Part shown: positions 13,955 to 24,623 of the stretch, one piece after another
Layout: every line of letters starts with the position of its first letter
Numbering within the stretch: the stretch's first letter is position 1
DNA from: Octopus sinensis
Taxonomy: Eukaryota
Direction: 5' to 3'
NCBI RefSeq assembly: GCF_006345805.1
Contig: NC_042998.1
Coordinates: forward strand, 23,994,001 to 24,058,000
DNA length: 64,000 nucleotides
Translations under genes and position numbers: made by a program
The notes under the pieces: generated by a model
What the model was told of the DNA's origin: nothing
Database searches by the model: none
The model's input: only the letters and a program-made list of their open reading frames with translations

Positions 13955-14380
13955 TTTACATTTGACAGATATTTGTCCTCATCTTGTTTGTTGTTAACAC
14001 ATCATCATTTCGGCCTTCTTCAGGTGTCTTGGGAAAATTTCGAACCTGGGTTCTCATTCCTATGGTATTTTTTGATGTTATCATTATTAAAATTATTTCT
14101 ATTCAGGTCACTGCCTGGAATCGAACTCGAAATCTTGGTGCTCTTAACCACTACGCCATATGGCGTAGTGGTTAAGAGTGTGGGCTACTAACTCCAAGAC
14201 TCCGAGTTAGATTAATAATAACACTAATGATAATAACATCGAAAAATACCTTAGGAATGAGAACCCATGTTCGAAATTTCCCCAAGACATCTGAAGAAGG
14301 CTGGAGGGTATATCTGCCGAAACGTTGTGTTAACAACAAACAAGATGAGGACAAATATCCGTCAAATGTAAATAATGTAC
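13955..14380. mobile_element. Head-to-head inverted dimer of the tRNA-headed PLE terminal repeat (family B)
   Basis: Palindrome centre ...CTACGCCATATGGCGTAG... at ~14160. The minus copy 13955-14160 and plus copy 14160-14380 both match 21830-22045. Confidence 0.85.
14286..14331 (+). ncRNA. Minimal type I hammerhead ribozyme (extra-A core)
   Basis: GACAT-CTGAAGA-A-GGCTG(10 nt)CTGCC-GAA-ACGT-T-GTGTT; one T.T mismatch in helix II. Confidence 0.7.
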
Positions 14381-14896
14381 TAAATTCCTAATCTTTTAAA
14401 TATAGAACTGTAATTACACCCTTTCCTGAAAACTCTCTAAAAGAAATCTTTGTTGAAAGTTAAATACAGCAAAATAAGAATGTGCTCAAGGCATCAAAGA
14501 ATGGAGGCGCACCACAGGAATACGGCACGAAAGAAATCACTTTAAGCTTGCTAAAATAATATTCAAAGTGGTTTATATGATCGAAAATATAATATTGAAG
14601 TGTTCATGGTGTCATAGTGAGGATCTGATCAAAGACTTTGCAATGAAAAAAAAGTAGGAGCAAACTTTTCAAATATAGATAAAGTGGAAGTATACAAAAA
14701 TAAAGATTTCCCCATTTTATTGTTAGTTTTGTTTCATTTTGAAAAATAGAAATTTATTTTATGATTTGTTATTGTTTATATTTCGAATTACATATAAATG
14801 AAGGTATCAAATCTTTTAAGTGCTTCGATTTCTAATTTACTCAGGTGGACCCTCATGGTCATTCGATGTTTAAGAGGAACCTTATTGTATATTTAT

Positions 14897-15300
14897 AACT
14901 AGCACTATAGCCTAGCGTTGCTCGGGCTTGTTTTCTTTTCGACCCTTTAGAATTGGAATTTTTGAAAAGTAAAAATTTTGCATTATGTAGCTTGTTATTC
15001 TCTTTAAGTGAACATTTTTCTGGTTCAAATACACCAAAAAATGGTGACACAGTAGTCAAAAAATCGTAGAAAATAGGGATTTTCATAGAAAAAAAGCACC
15101 ATTTTGATGCAAAAAATAATTTTTGGTGTTAACATGGTCCGATTTGAATTTTTTCTTCTACGGAAGGAAGAGCAAGCCTTCTTCTATCATACTCTCAATT
15201 TTGGTCAACTTGCGCCTCAGGGTCTCGGAGGAGATAGTGTTAGTTGAAGGCTACCAGACCTGCCATACACAGACAACTTCAGCTTTATATATATAGAGAT
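14897..15300 (+). mobile_element. Helentron-associated (HINE/DINE-1-like) non-autonomous element
   Basis: Starts AACTAGCACTATAGCCTAGCGTTGCTCGGG and ends CAGCTTTATATATATAGAGAT; colinear with the minus copy at 40788-41183. Confidence 0.75.
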
Positions 15301-15521
15301 TTATAATCAGACATTATTAGGAACTGTATAAAAATTGTCAAAATATTTTGTGCATTATAAAAGTATAACCAGTTTATTGCGTGTTAATTTTAAGAACAAA
15401 GTCTTTTATGGGATCCCAAACAGTCGTTGAGAACCACTATTAGACCAATAAAGGATACAAAGGGAATTTGGGTATAAAATATCTGAAAAAAAAAATACAC
15501 AAACTAGGAATCAAAGATATA

Positions 15522-15755
15522 TCTATTTCTTTACTACCCACAAGGGGCTAAACACAGAGGGGGGAAACAAGGACAGACAAACGGATTAAGTCGATTACAT
15601 CGACCCCAGTGTGTAACTGGTACTTAATTTATCGACCCCGAAAGGATGAAAGGCAAAGTTGACCTCGGCGGAATTTGAATTCAGAACGTAACGGCAGACG
15701 AAATACCGCTAAGCATTTCGCCTGGCGTGCTAACGTTTCTGCCAGCTCGCCGTCT
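15522..15755 (-). mobile_element. SINE family 1, full length
   Basis: Reverse complement of the family 1 consensus. Confidence 0.9.
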
Positions 15756-16839
15756 TTAGGAATCAAAGATATAAATACTTAGATCGTAAGCAGAAAGACA
15801 AATGGAGGGCGGTCTTCCTGCATGTAAAGAAAATAGTCATACATATTTCTGATGATTTCCAACTAAAAAAAAAATCGAGTTACTTTGCACAGTGAAATAT
15901 TACACTGCCTTCACCGCCATTCACTCTTTTATATTGATCGGCTAAGTACGAAGGAAAGTTATTCTTAACATTGATTATCATAGCAAAATATTGATAAAAG
16001 TTGTACCGTCAATAGCTTGAAGGTCGAATATAACTTGTGCATACATGTTTTAGAAGAAGAAACTTCAATATTAATGAAAATGTTTCAATGCTTAGTTATA
16101 TACGGTATACGAGATCAGTTTGCCGCCATTGACACTTCTATTGTCTTAGTTAAAGTTCCTACATGCTGTCCCTCTCCTATCTTCTGCTACTTTATCCTCC
16201 ATCTTTTTTTTCCTTTTTTTTTTTGTTGCTTTCTGCTAATTAAATTGTGATTCAATCTTTATGTAAATAAAACTAAATTTGATTCTGGAATTATAAAAAA
16301 ATAAAAAGTGAACTATCTCTGAGTTCATTCCACTATTCAGTTTAATTTTGGGGACGAAACCAAATTGTACATTTAACGTTTTACCACAAGAGCATTCTCT
16401 TCGTCGCTTATGTATCATCTTTAAAATTGTGACATTGCGTCTAAGAAAACCAATATTAAAAGTATATATAGCGTTTATTCAAATATTTTCTTAAATGATA
16501 GAGAGATTGAAATCTTTTGTTTTTTATAATGTAGGTTTACGATAATGAACTATATAGATTTTCGTCCTGGATATTAAAATAATTCGACATAAAGATACAA
16601 AATTAATGGATGTTTGTTCCCACATGTCATTCGTTTCTCTTCGTTGGCATGAAAGATATACAATATAATTTCTTCCAACTGGTTGTTGCTCTTATTGTTG
16701 TTGTTATTTGATTCAATCGAACACATCAATACCAACAAAGATGTGCTACCCAAGGTCAGCTTATCGTTTATTTCTCGGACATAATTTCTCCTGGACAACA
16801 TCATCCGTTATGTCTTTGTTTTTCCTTTTCAAATTGTAG

Positions 16840-16946
16840 AGTATAATTTGAAACTGCAGGCCAATCGATTACGCAGAGCAGAGGGTCTCAACGGGGACAG
16901 GACCGCTTCCAAGAGGACGCTGGGCATGTCATTAGGAGTCAGTCAG
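16840..16946 (+). CDS. Candidate internal exon (phase 1 in, phase 0 out): (E)YNLKLQANRLRRAEGLNGDRTASKRTLGMSLGVSQ
   Basis: Strong acceptor (TTTGTTTTTCCTTTTCAAATTGTAG), GC-rich 107 nt with only one open frame from this acceptor, donor CAG|GTAGCA. Confidence 0.35.
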
Positions 16947-17256
16947 GTAGCAAGCGTTTCTCAACCGGGGTTCCCCGGAACCCTAGGGTCTCGCAAAAGG
17001 TTCCTAGGGGTTCCGCGTGGAAGAGTGAGATAAGCTAATGCTAATTTCATGATTGTAATATTACTACACATGCATAACATATTATTGGTTATTGTAATAT
17101 AGACATCATCTTATCAAACCTATTTGTTATCAAAAAATATAACAATCATATATATATATATATACAGGGAGAGTTCGCGAAAAAAACAAAAGACAAAGAC
17201 AGGTGGTGTATAAAACAAACAGATGCATTAGTATAATGCTCAGGAATTGAAAAAGT

Positions 17257-17292
17257 CTTTTACGTTTCGAGCCAACGCTCTTCTACAGAAAG
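17257..17292 (-). ncRNA. Minimal hammerhead-like motif, A6U core variant
   Basis: Minus strand CTTT-CTGTAGA-A-GAGC(GTTG)GCTC-GAA-ACGT-A-AAAG; all three helices pair. Confidence 0.6.
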
Positions 17293-17331
17293 GGACACAT
17301 AAAAAACAAGGAGAGAAAAAAAAAGGAGAAG

Positions 17332-17366
<35 letters not shown>

Positions 17367-17673
17367 TATATATAAATTAGAGATGAACCACCATGTAGCA
17401 ATTCAACAATGATATAATTAAATCATACCATATAGAAAAAAAATTAAAGATACGATAAAACATGTTCCTAGAACTAAATAAAGTACGAAATAATGTATTA
17501 CTAAATTGAATTTTTTCCTGAAAGTTTGGAATCATATTCCCTATTATTATTATTATTATTATTATGTATATATATATATATATAAAATATTATTAGAGAC
17601 AAAACCACTATTTTGCAAAACAAACAAGGAAAGACTTAATCAATACATAAAATTTTAATAAATAGTCAAAAAA

Positions 17674-17716
17674 CCACTACAATTGTTTCTTGTCTTGATC
17701 GACAATCTTCAGGTGG
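17674..17716 (-). ncRNA. Canonical minimal type I hammerhead ribozyme (left arm)
   Basis: Exact reverse complement of 17748-17790. Confidence 0.85.
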
Positions 17717-17747
17717 ACTTCTAATTTGAAACTGACTTATTGGAAGT

Positions 17748-17790
17748 CCACCTGAAGATTGTCGATCAAGACAAGAAACAATTGTAGTGG
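17748..17790 (+). ncRNA. Canonical minimal type I hammerhead ribozyme (right arm)
   Basis: CCAC-CTGAAGA-TTGTC(GATCAA)GACAA-GAA-ACAATTGT-A-GTGG: complete core, GUA cleavage triplet, palindromic helix III. Confidence 0.85.
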
Positions 17791-17962
17791 CGGTTTTTTT
17801 GACTATTTATTAAAATTTTATGTATTGATTAAGTCTTTCCTTGTTTGTTTTGCAAAATAGTGGTTTTGTCTCGAATAATATTTTATAATATTTTACTATA
17901 AAATTGGATTTAATCCTAAATCTGATTTTTTCCCTGTAAATTTGGATTTATTCCCTAATATT

Positions 17963-18035
<73 letters not shown>

Positions 18036-18468
18036 ATTGAACAGCCGAAATCTGCGATGAGGGATCAGTTTCTGACTGAAGAATGAAGGCTTGAATGACC
18101 CGTTTGTCTTTTTGTTCGTCTCTTCGTGTATTTCACTTTATTTATTTATATAAAGGTCTATTATATATATATATATATATTTATAATACAAAATGGGACA
18201 AGAACGCAAAACATCCAGACAGTTAGGTGATACAAAAAAAGGTGACAATAAATGATCCAGATAGACGGGGTTCCTTGAAACATGAGATTTATTTTAAGGG
18301 TTGCGCATGAGTAAATAGGTTGAGAAATATTGGTTTATATACTAAATTTTACCTATAGTAGTAATTATAACTAGTAATGGTTATTAAAAAGAAAATAAAA
18401 GATAAATCTATATTGTCACGAAAGACATGTTTGAACAAGAATAATTAATCTTTAACGTTATATTTCTG

Positions 18469-18519
<51 letters not shown>

Positions 18520-18525
<6 letters not shown>

Positions 18526-18796
18526 ACTGACCAGGACATCAGATATTGCTACACAATACGCTGGTCACAATGCGCTTCACATTGTTTTAGCCTGGCTAAG
18601 CGAGCAGGCGAACAGAAGAAAGAATGAGAGAAAGTTGTGGTGAAAGAGTACAGCAGGGATCACCACCACCCGCTGCCGGAGCCTCGTGGAGCTTTGGGTG
18701 TTTTCGCTCAATAAACACTCACTACGCCCGGTCTGGGAATCGAAAGCACGATGCTACGGCCGCAAGTCCGCTGCCCTAACCACTGGGCCATTGCGT
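18520..18796 (-). mobile_element. tRNA-derived SINE, further family
   Basis: Minus-strand head ...GGCCCAGTGGTTAGGGCAGCGGAC...CTTTCGATTCCCAG with A- and B-box-like motifs. Confidence 0.7.
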
Positions 18797-18802
18797 CTCT
18801 CT

Positions 18803-18834
<32 letters not shown>

Positions 18835-20926
18835 CACTCTCTCTCTCTCCACACACACACATTTGCTTTTGGTGCACAGTCTTGCTTGTTTTCTTCGTAT
18901 ATTACGAGCTCCATTATATTTTTAGTGATATTATGATATACAATTGTTGTACAAAATAACTAAAATGTTTATTATTGCAATTGAATAGAAAAGGATAAAT
19001 ATGCTTTTTATCAACGATCCCCATTTGAGACTTTTCGAAAAACGTATGTCGAAAATTTAAATACTATATATTATTTTAACTCCTAAGACACCGGGCAAAG
19101 CCAAAAAATATGAATAAAAAATTTTGGCAGTTAATAGGTTAAATATAAAAATGTTTTGCATTATTTTATTTCTTGGTTATAGACTAAAATATAGAAATGT
19201 CGGTTTAAATATATATTAAGGCGGCGAGCTGACAGAATCGTCAGCACTCGGTGCAAATTGCTAAGCGACATTTCCTCCATCTGTACGTTCTTTCTTTGTT
19301 CAAATTCTGCCGAGGTCAACTTTGCCATTTATCCTTTCGTGGTCAATAAAATTTCAAATGAATACAGAGAATACGATTGGTTAAAATTCGCAGATTTAAA
19401 CTACGTATAAACTTATAAAATACATTTTTGTCAAAAAAACTAGTTGAAATTATTGTTTTCTTTTGACACATTCTACCAGTATACGAAGTTTCAAATTATT
19501 TAGTTAACTAGAAAAATCTGAAAAATCTGGCTTTCAAAAAGAAAAGATCCCAGTTGAGCACTGGGGTCGATGCAATCAATATATCTCCCACCACCACCAC
19601 CACCAACCAAACTTACTAACCTTGTGCCAACATTTTGAATTAATATATATCTTTTATTTTTATGTACAAAGTTCGCAAAAATATTATTTAAAGTGCACAA
19701 CGAGTAACAAGAAAATCAAGGAATCGCTGCTTTATGGCATGGCTGACTTGACAGAAACAACATCCAAAGGCGGCGAGCTGGCAGAAACGTTAGCACGCCG
19801 GGCGAAATGCCGTAAGGTTCTGAGTTCAAATTCCGCCGAGGTCAATAAATTAAGTACCAGTTGCGTACTGATATCGGTTAATCGACTGGTCCCCTTCCTC
19901 AAATTTTCTGGTATTGTGCCTAGAGGCCTCTATGGGTATTAAACTGGCCCTGGGTACGTACAGTGCTAACATTAATAATAGAATACATACGTCTGTCTTT
20001 ACGTTCTGAGTTCAAATTCCGCCGAGGTAGGCTTTGCCTTTCATCCTTTCGGGGTCGATAAATTAAGTACCAGTTACACACTGGGGTCGATGTAATTGAC
20101 TTAATCCCTTTGTCTGTCCTTGTTTGCCCCCTCTATGTTTAGCCTCTTGTGGGCAATAAAGAAATAAAAAAACGACATCCAAATCTCTCTCGAATCACAT
20201 TTTACTACTACCCTTATAAAAAAGAATGCGCTAAATAATGTAGTCCGTGGTACGTCTGAAAAAAAAAGAGATAGGATGGTCACAGCTAGAACGCCTTTGA
20301 TTACTGGTAGACTCGATTAGTGATGATTTGTAGTTAAACAACAACAAATCAATTGTTTTAAGACAGGATGGTCACAACTAGAACGCCTTTCATTACAGGT
20401 CTGCTCAATCAGTGGTGACTTGTTCCTTAACAACAACAACAACAACTCATTCAATCGTTTGTTGAATCCGTTTCACTTTATTCAACGTACATCACCAGAA
20501 ATATGAACAGCATACGATCTCGTATTTCCCTTTGTCTACAAAATCTCAACGGAGACGAAATACATATTAAATATGACTCCACGTACTTAACCATTCGTAA
20601 CCCATGCTGTGTTAGTATTCATGTTATTCTGTAAGAAATCAATTATTTCGCACTGAGGAGAGGAATGAGTTTTAGGTTGGTAACTTCCGATCCAGGTTCT
20701 ATTCTTAAATTTGAGATTTCACTGAGTTCTGCAAATGTCATTCAGAAGAAAATAAAAAAAAAATAATAATAAAAATTAAACGTCCCGAAAGTACATATCT
20801 CTCTTTCTATATTAATCCCAAAACTTCATGCCTGCGTAAAGAATGAAAATATGATTTTTTTTAAAAATTGAATTTAAAATAAAGAACTTCTTGAGGTCAT
20901 ATAATAAAGGATCGTTCTAGATTGTA

Positions 20927-21147
20927 AAGGCGGCGAGCTGGCAGAATCGTTAGCACGCCGGGCGAAATACGTAGCCGTATTTCGTCTGCCGTTACGTTCT
21001 GAGTTCAAATTCCGCCGAGGTCGACTTTGCCTTTCATCCTTTCGGGGTCGATAAATTAAGTACCAGTTACGCACTGGGGTCGATATAATTGGCTTAATCC
21101 GTTTGTCTGTCCCTTCTATGTTAAGCCCCTTGTGGGTAGTAAAGAAA
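20927..21147 (+). mobile_element. SINE family 1, full length, directly upstream of an older copy (21170-21390)
   Basis: Consensus match with CpGs retained. Confidence 0.92.
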
Positions 21148-21529
21148 CACATATAATAAACGATTGTAAAGGCAGCGAGCTGGCAGAGTCGTTAGCATGC
21201 TGAACGAAAATGCTTCGCGGTATTTCGCCCGTCGCTACGTTCTGAGTTCAAGTTCCGTTGAGTTCGACTTAACTTTTTATCCTTTCGTGTCAGTAAATTA
21301 AGTGTCAGTGAATTTCTGGGGTCGACATAATCGACTGGTCGCCTCCCCCAAGACTTCAGGCTTTGTGCTTGTAATAGAAAGGATGATTATTTCATTTTCG
21401 CTTTATTCTTCATATTTTTTTTCTTAATTGTAGATTACAGAGTAACAACTGGAAACTCTTATTACATAAGATGCATAGATTCAAATGAGAAACTGCGAGG
21501 GCAAGACATAAAAATATATATAAATAGTA

Positions 21530-22045
21530 CGTTATTTACATTTGACGGATGTTTGTCCTCATCTTGTTTGTTGTTAACACAACGTTTTGGTTGATGTACT
21601 CTGCAGCCTTCATCAGGTGTCCTGAGACCACCTCCACGCTGTGGGGTGAAGTTAAAATAATAGACAGAGAACACCACTGGAATATATGAAAACTAAAAGA
21701 AGCAGCACATATGCTAGGACATAATAACCTCTTAAGCAGATCTAGTGCAGATATGAGTAGAATATGGGAACCAGTATTAAGGAAGGATAGGAAAATATTA
21801 GATTTATAAGCCCTAAAATTCACGGGCATATAGCGTAGTGGTTAAGAGCGCAGGCTACTAACTCCAAGATTCCGAGTTTGATTCCAGGCAGTGACCTGAA
21901 TAATAACATCGGAAAAATACCTTATGTAATAAGGACCCAGGTTCGAAATTCCCCACAGACGCCTGATGAAGGCTGGTGAGTAAGTCAGCCGAAACGTAGT
22001 AATAACAAACAAGATGAGGACACATTTCCGTCAAATGTAAATAAT
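21530..22045 (+). mobile_element. 5'-truncated Penelope-like element with inverted partial terminal repeat (family B)
   Basis: Inverted tail 21530-21625, ORF remnant 21642-21809, tRNA-like head 21824-21890, HHR 21958-22000, tail to ~22045. Confidence 0.85.
21642..21809 (+). pseudogene. C-terminal end of a Penelope-like GIY-YIG endonuclease domain
   Basis: WGEVKIIDREHHWNI*KLKEAAHMLGHNNLLSRSSADMSRIWEPVLRKDRKILDL* fits the PLE pattern W..V.I.D.E..W..RK.KEA.H.....L...W.P.L; the internal TGA is most simply CGA decay. Confidence 0.8.
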
Positions 22046-22104
22046 TCATCATTTCTGTAAAATATAAATAGATTTCAGTTTTTCGAATCTAACATTATGC
22101 TGGG

Positions 22105-22803
22105 CAGTGGTTCTCAACCATTTTTTACCTGTGTTGTGTCTGGGGAGAGTCATTCTTTTTTAGTGCCAAATTATTTAACACACACACCGGTAAAGTTTCC
22201 ACTTATTTATTTTTCCTAAAATTTTCTTTGCGTCTTGCAGCCTTTGCAATAGTCGTTTGAAAAGTTTGTAAGAGGCAAAGAAAACCTTAGGGAAAATAAA
22301 TAAGTAAACAAGTGGAAACTTTACCGGTAAGTGTGTTAAATAATGAGGCACTAAAGAAAAATAACTCTCCCAAGACACAACAGAATATGCTTCAACACAC
22401 GAATTCGCATAAAGAATCTTGCAAAGCAAATCCAAAAACGAAATAAATATTATTAGGAATTGTAAAAAAAAAATGGTTAAAGTAAACAATTTATTGCATA
22501 TAAATTTGACAACAAAATCCTATATGGACCCTTTAATGTGTAGTTTCGTTCTAATGGAATAGACAACTCAATATGAAGCCATTGTTATTGTTTTACGTGT
22601 TTATTTACTTTTCACGTTACACGAACTGTCAACATTCAGCGTAGTGATACATATATACTTTAGACACAGTTCGTACTGTTACTAACAAAATAGTGCCAAA
22701 AAGTGGGGATGTATTCTACACACGTATACCAACGTATACACATAGATATGAATGTGTAACAGACCCCGCCAAAGGTCATGTGGATCCCGGTTGAGAAACA
22801 TTG
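22105..22803. mobile_element. hAT-Charlie-like MITE containing an inverted-dimer insertion (22129-22445)
   Basis: Ends CAGTGGTTCTCAACC and GGTTGAGAAACATTG. Confidence 0.65.
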
Positions 22804-22955
22804 ATGAAGAGCATCATTTCTTCCTGTTGTGATTTTAGTTTTGATCACGTGATTTTGATTGTCTCGATTGCTGTTATATGCCCGCACTGCGACTGCGCGG
22901 AGTTCTCTTCTGTTTGCAGACGACATGTTCAGCGTTGATTTTAGTTAGTCTCGAA

Positions 22956-23174
22956 CAGTGCTTTTCAACGTTTTTGCTGGAGCGGAACCCCAAGGAAACG
23001 TTCCACTGGCTTGAGGAACCCCTTTGCAATAATTTAATAGTCTTATGCACACATATCTGCACAGGAGAATTAAAAATTACTGCCGATTATAGCAGTTTTG
23101 TCACTTCTTGCGGAACCCCTGGTCTGTACTGGCGGAACCCTAAGGTTCCGCGGAACCCTGGTTGAAAACCACTG
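22956..23174. mobile_element. hAT-Charlie-like MITE
   Basis: TIR CAGTGCTTTTCAAC / GTTGAAAACCACTG; 8-bp TSD GTCTCGAA/GTCTAGAA; repeated GGAACCC subterminal motifs. Confidence 0.92.
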
Positions 23175-23501
23175 GTCTAGAATGTAGCAACTCGCTGCAT
23201 AAAACTGTTATTGCATTGAAGTTTGGTTTTGCTTACAATTTAGCAATCTCTGTTTGTATAGTATATTGCCGTATTTTTAGTCGATTAAAACCTTTTAAAC
23301 TTTGATATTCGAGTTTAGGTTTATAACACTTCCAATTCGTTTCTATTAACAATTGCAACTAAAATTCGTCATAACAATCAAGAAACTTTCCTTTATCATC
23401 GCTTGACCATCTACACTGATAATCTGAACACTGATTATGTTTCCACTGATGTTTTTAAAGTAAATTTCATTTCAGATTCTGTAGTTTTTTTGTTTATTTT
23501 T

Positions 23502-23657
23502 GAGTGGCTGTGTGGTAAGTAGCTTGCTTACCAGCCACATGGTTCCGGGTTCAGCCCTACTGCGTGGCACCTTGAGCAAGTGTCTTCTGCTATAGCCTCG
23601 GGTCGTCCAAAGCCTTCTGAGTGGATTTGGTAGACGGAAACTGAAAGAAGCCTGTCG

Positions 23658-23691
<34 letters not shown>

Positions 23692-24006
23692 TGTATGTAT
23701 GTATGTATGTATGTATGTATGTATGTATGTATGTATGTATATATATATGTGTGTTTGTGTGTGTGTATGTGTGTGTGTGTGTGTATGTGTGTGTATGTAT
23801 ATGTTTGTGCGTCTGTGTTTGTCCCTCTAGCGTTGCTTGACAACCGATGCTGGTGTGTTTACGTCCCCGTTACTTAGCAGTTCGGCAAAAGAGCCTGATA
23901 GAATAAGTACTAGGCTTACAAAGAATAAGTCCTGGGGACGATTTGCTCGACTGAAGGCAGTGCTCCAGCATGGCCGAAGTCAAATGACTGAAACAAGTAA
24001 AAGAGT
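23502..24006 (+). mobile_element. SINE family 2 with expanded internal (TATG)n
   Basis: Matches the other family 2 copies. Confidence 0.9.
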
Positions 24007-24302
24007 ACATTTTAAAGTTTGATTCCCAATCTCACGGTTCCCGATTCAGTCCCGCTTCCAGTGCTGGATTAATCATAAAGCAAAATAAGCACGTGCTTGG
24101 GGCATCAAAGGGAAAGGAGCTCTGCAGAAATGGTAAGTGATTTGTGGCTCAAAAGAAATAATTTAAACTTGCTAAAATAACATTCGAAGAGGTTTATATG
24201 ATCGGAAATATAATTTCGAACCGTGCATGGTGAGGATCTGATCAAAGACTTTACTGTTAGAAAAAAATCGAAGAAAACTTTCGAAATATATATTAAAAAA
24301 AA

Positions 24303-24623
24303 GCACTCTGTCAGTTACGACGACGAGGGTCCCCGCTGATATGATCAACGGAACAGCCTGCTCGTGAAATTAACGTGCAAGTGGCTGAGCAATGCACAGA
24401 CACGTGTACCCCTAACGTAGTTCTCGGGGAGATTCAGCTTGACACAGAGTGTGACAAGGCCGGCCGTTTGAAATACAGGTACAACTCATTTTTGCCAGCT
24501 GAGTGGACTGGAGCAATGTGAAATAAAGTGTCTTGCTCAAGGACACAACGCGTCGCCGGAAATCGAACTCACGACCTTACAATCGTGAACCGAATGCCCT
24601 AACCACTAAGCCATGCGCCTTCA
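24303..24623 (-). mobile_element. tRNA-derived SINE family 3
   Basis: Minus-strand head GGCGCATGGCTTAGTGGTTAGGGC...GAGTTCGATTTCC, then TGTGTCCTTGAGCAAGACACT and CCACTCAGCTGGCAAAAATGAGT. Confidence 0.85.

Larger units (their letters stand above)
17581..17965. mobile_element. PLE-type terminal repeat (family A) as a near-perfect inverted dimer
   Basis: Arms 17581-17725 and 17739-17886, 13-nt spacer; the right arm continues as a tail to ~17965. Confidence 0.85.
16951..18332. mobile_element. hAT-Charlie-like MITE split by several PLE-type insertions
   Basis: Ends CAAGCGTTTCTCAACCGGGG and GGTTGAGAAATATTG with GGGGTTCC subterminal motifs; no clear TSD. Confidence 0.55.

Noticed and set aside
13996-14027. 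Functional hammerhead in the minus arm
   Set aside because: Helix II is collapsed to GGCC and helix III is replaced by ATGATGAT.
21576-21621. Functional hammerhead in the inverted arm
   Set aside because: G12 is mutated to A (AAA instead of GAA).
21687-21689. In-frame TGA as selenocysteine
   Set aside because: It aligns with the conserved Arg of RK.KEA, so CGA-to-TGA decay is simpler; no SECIS was seen.
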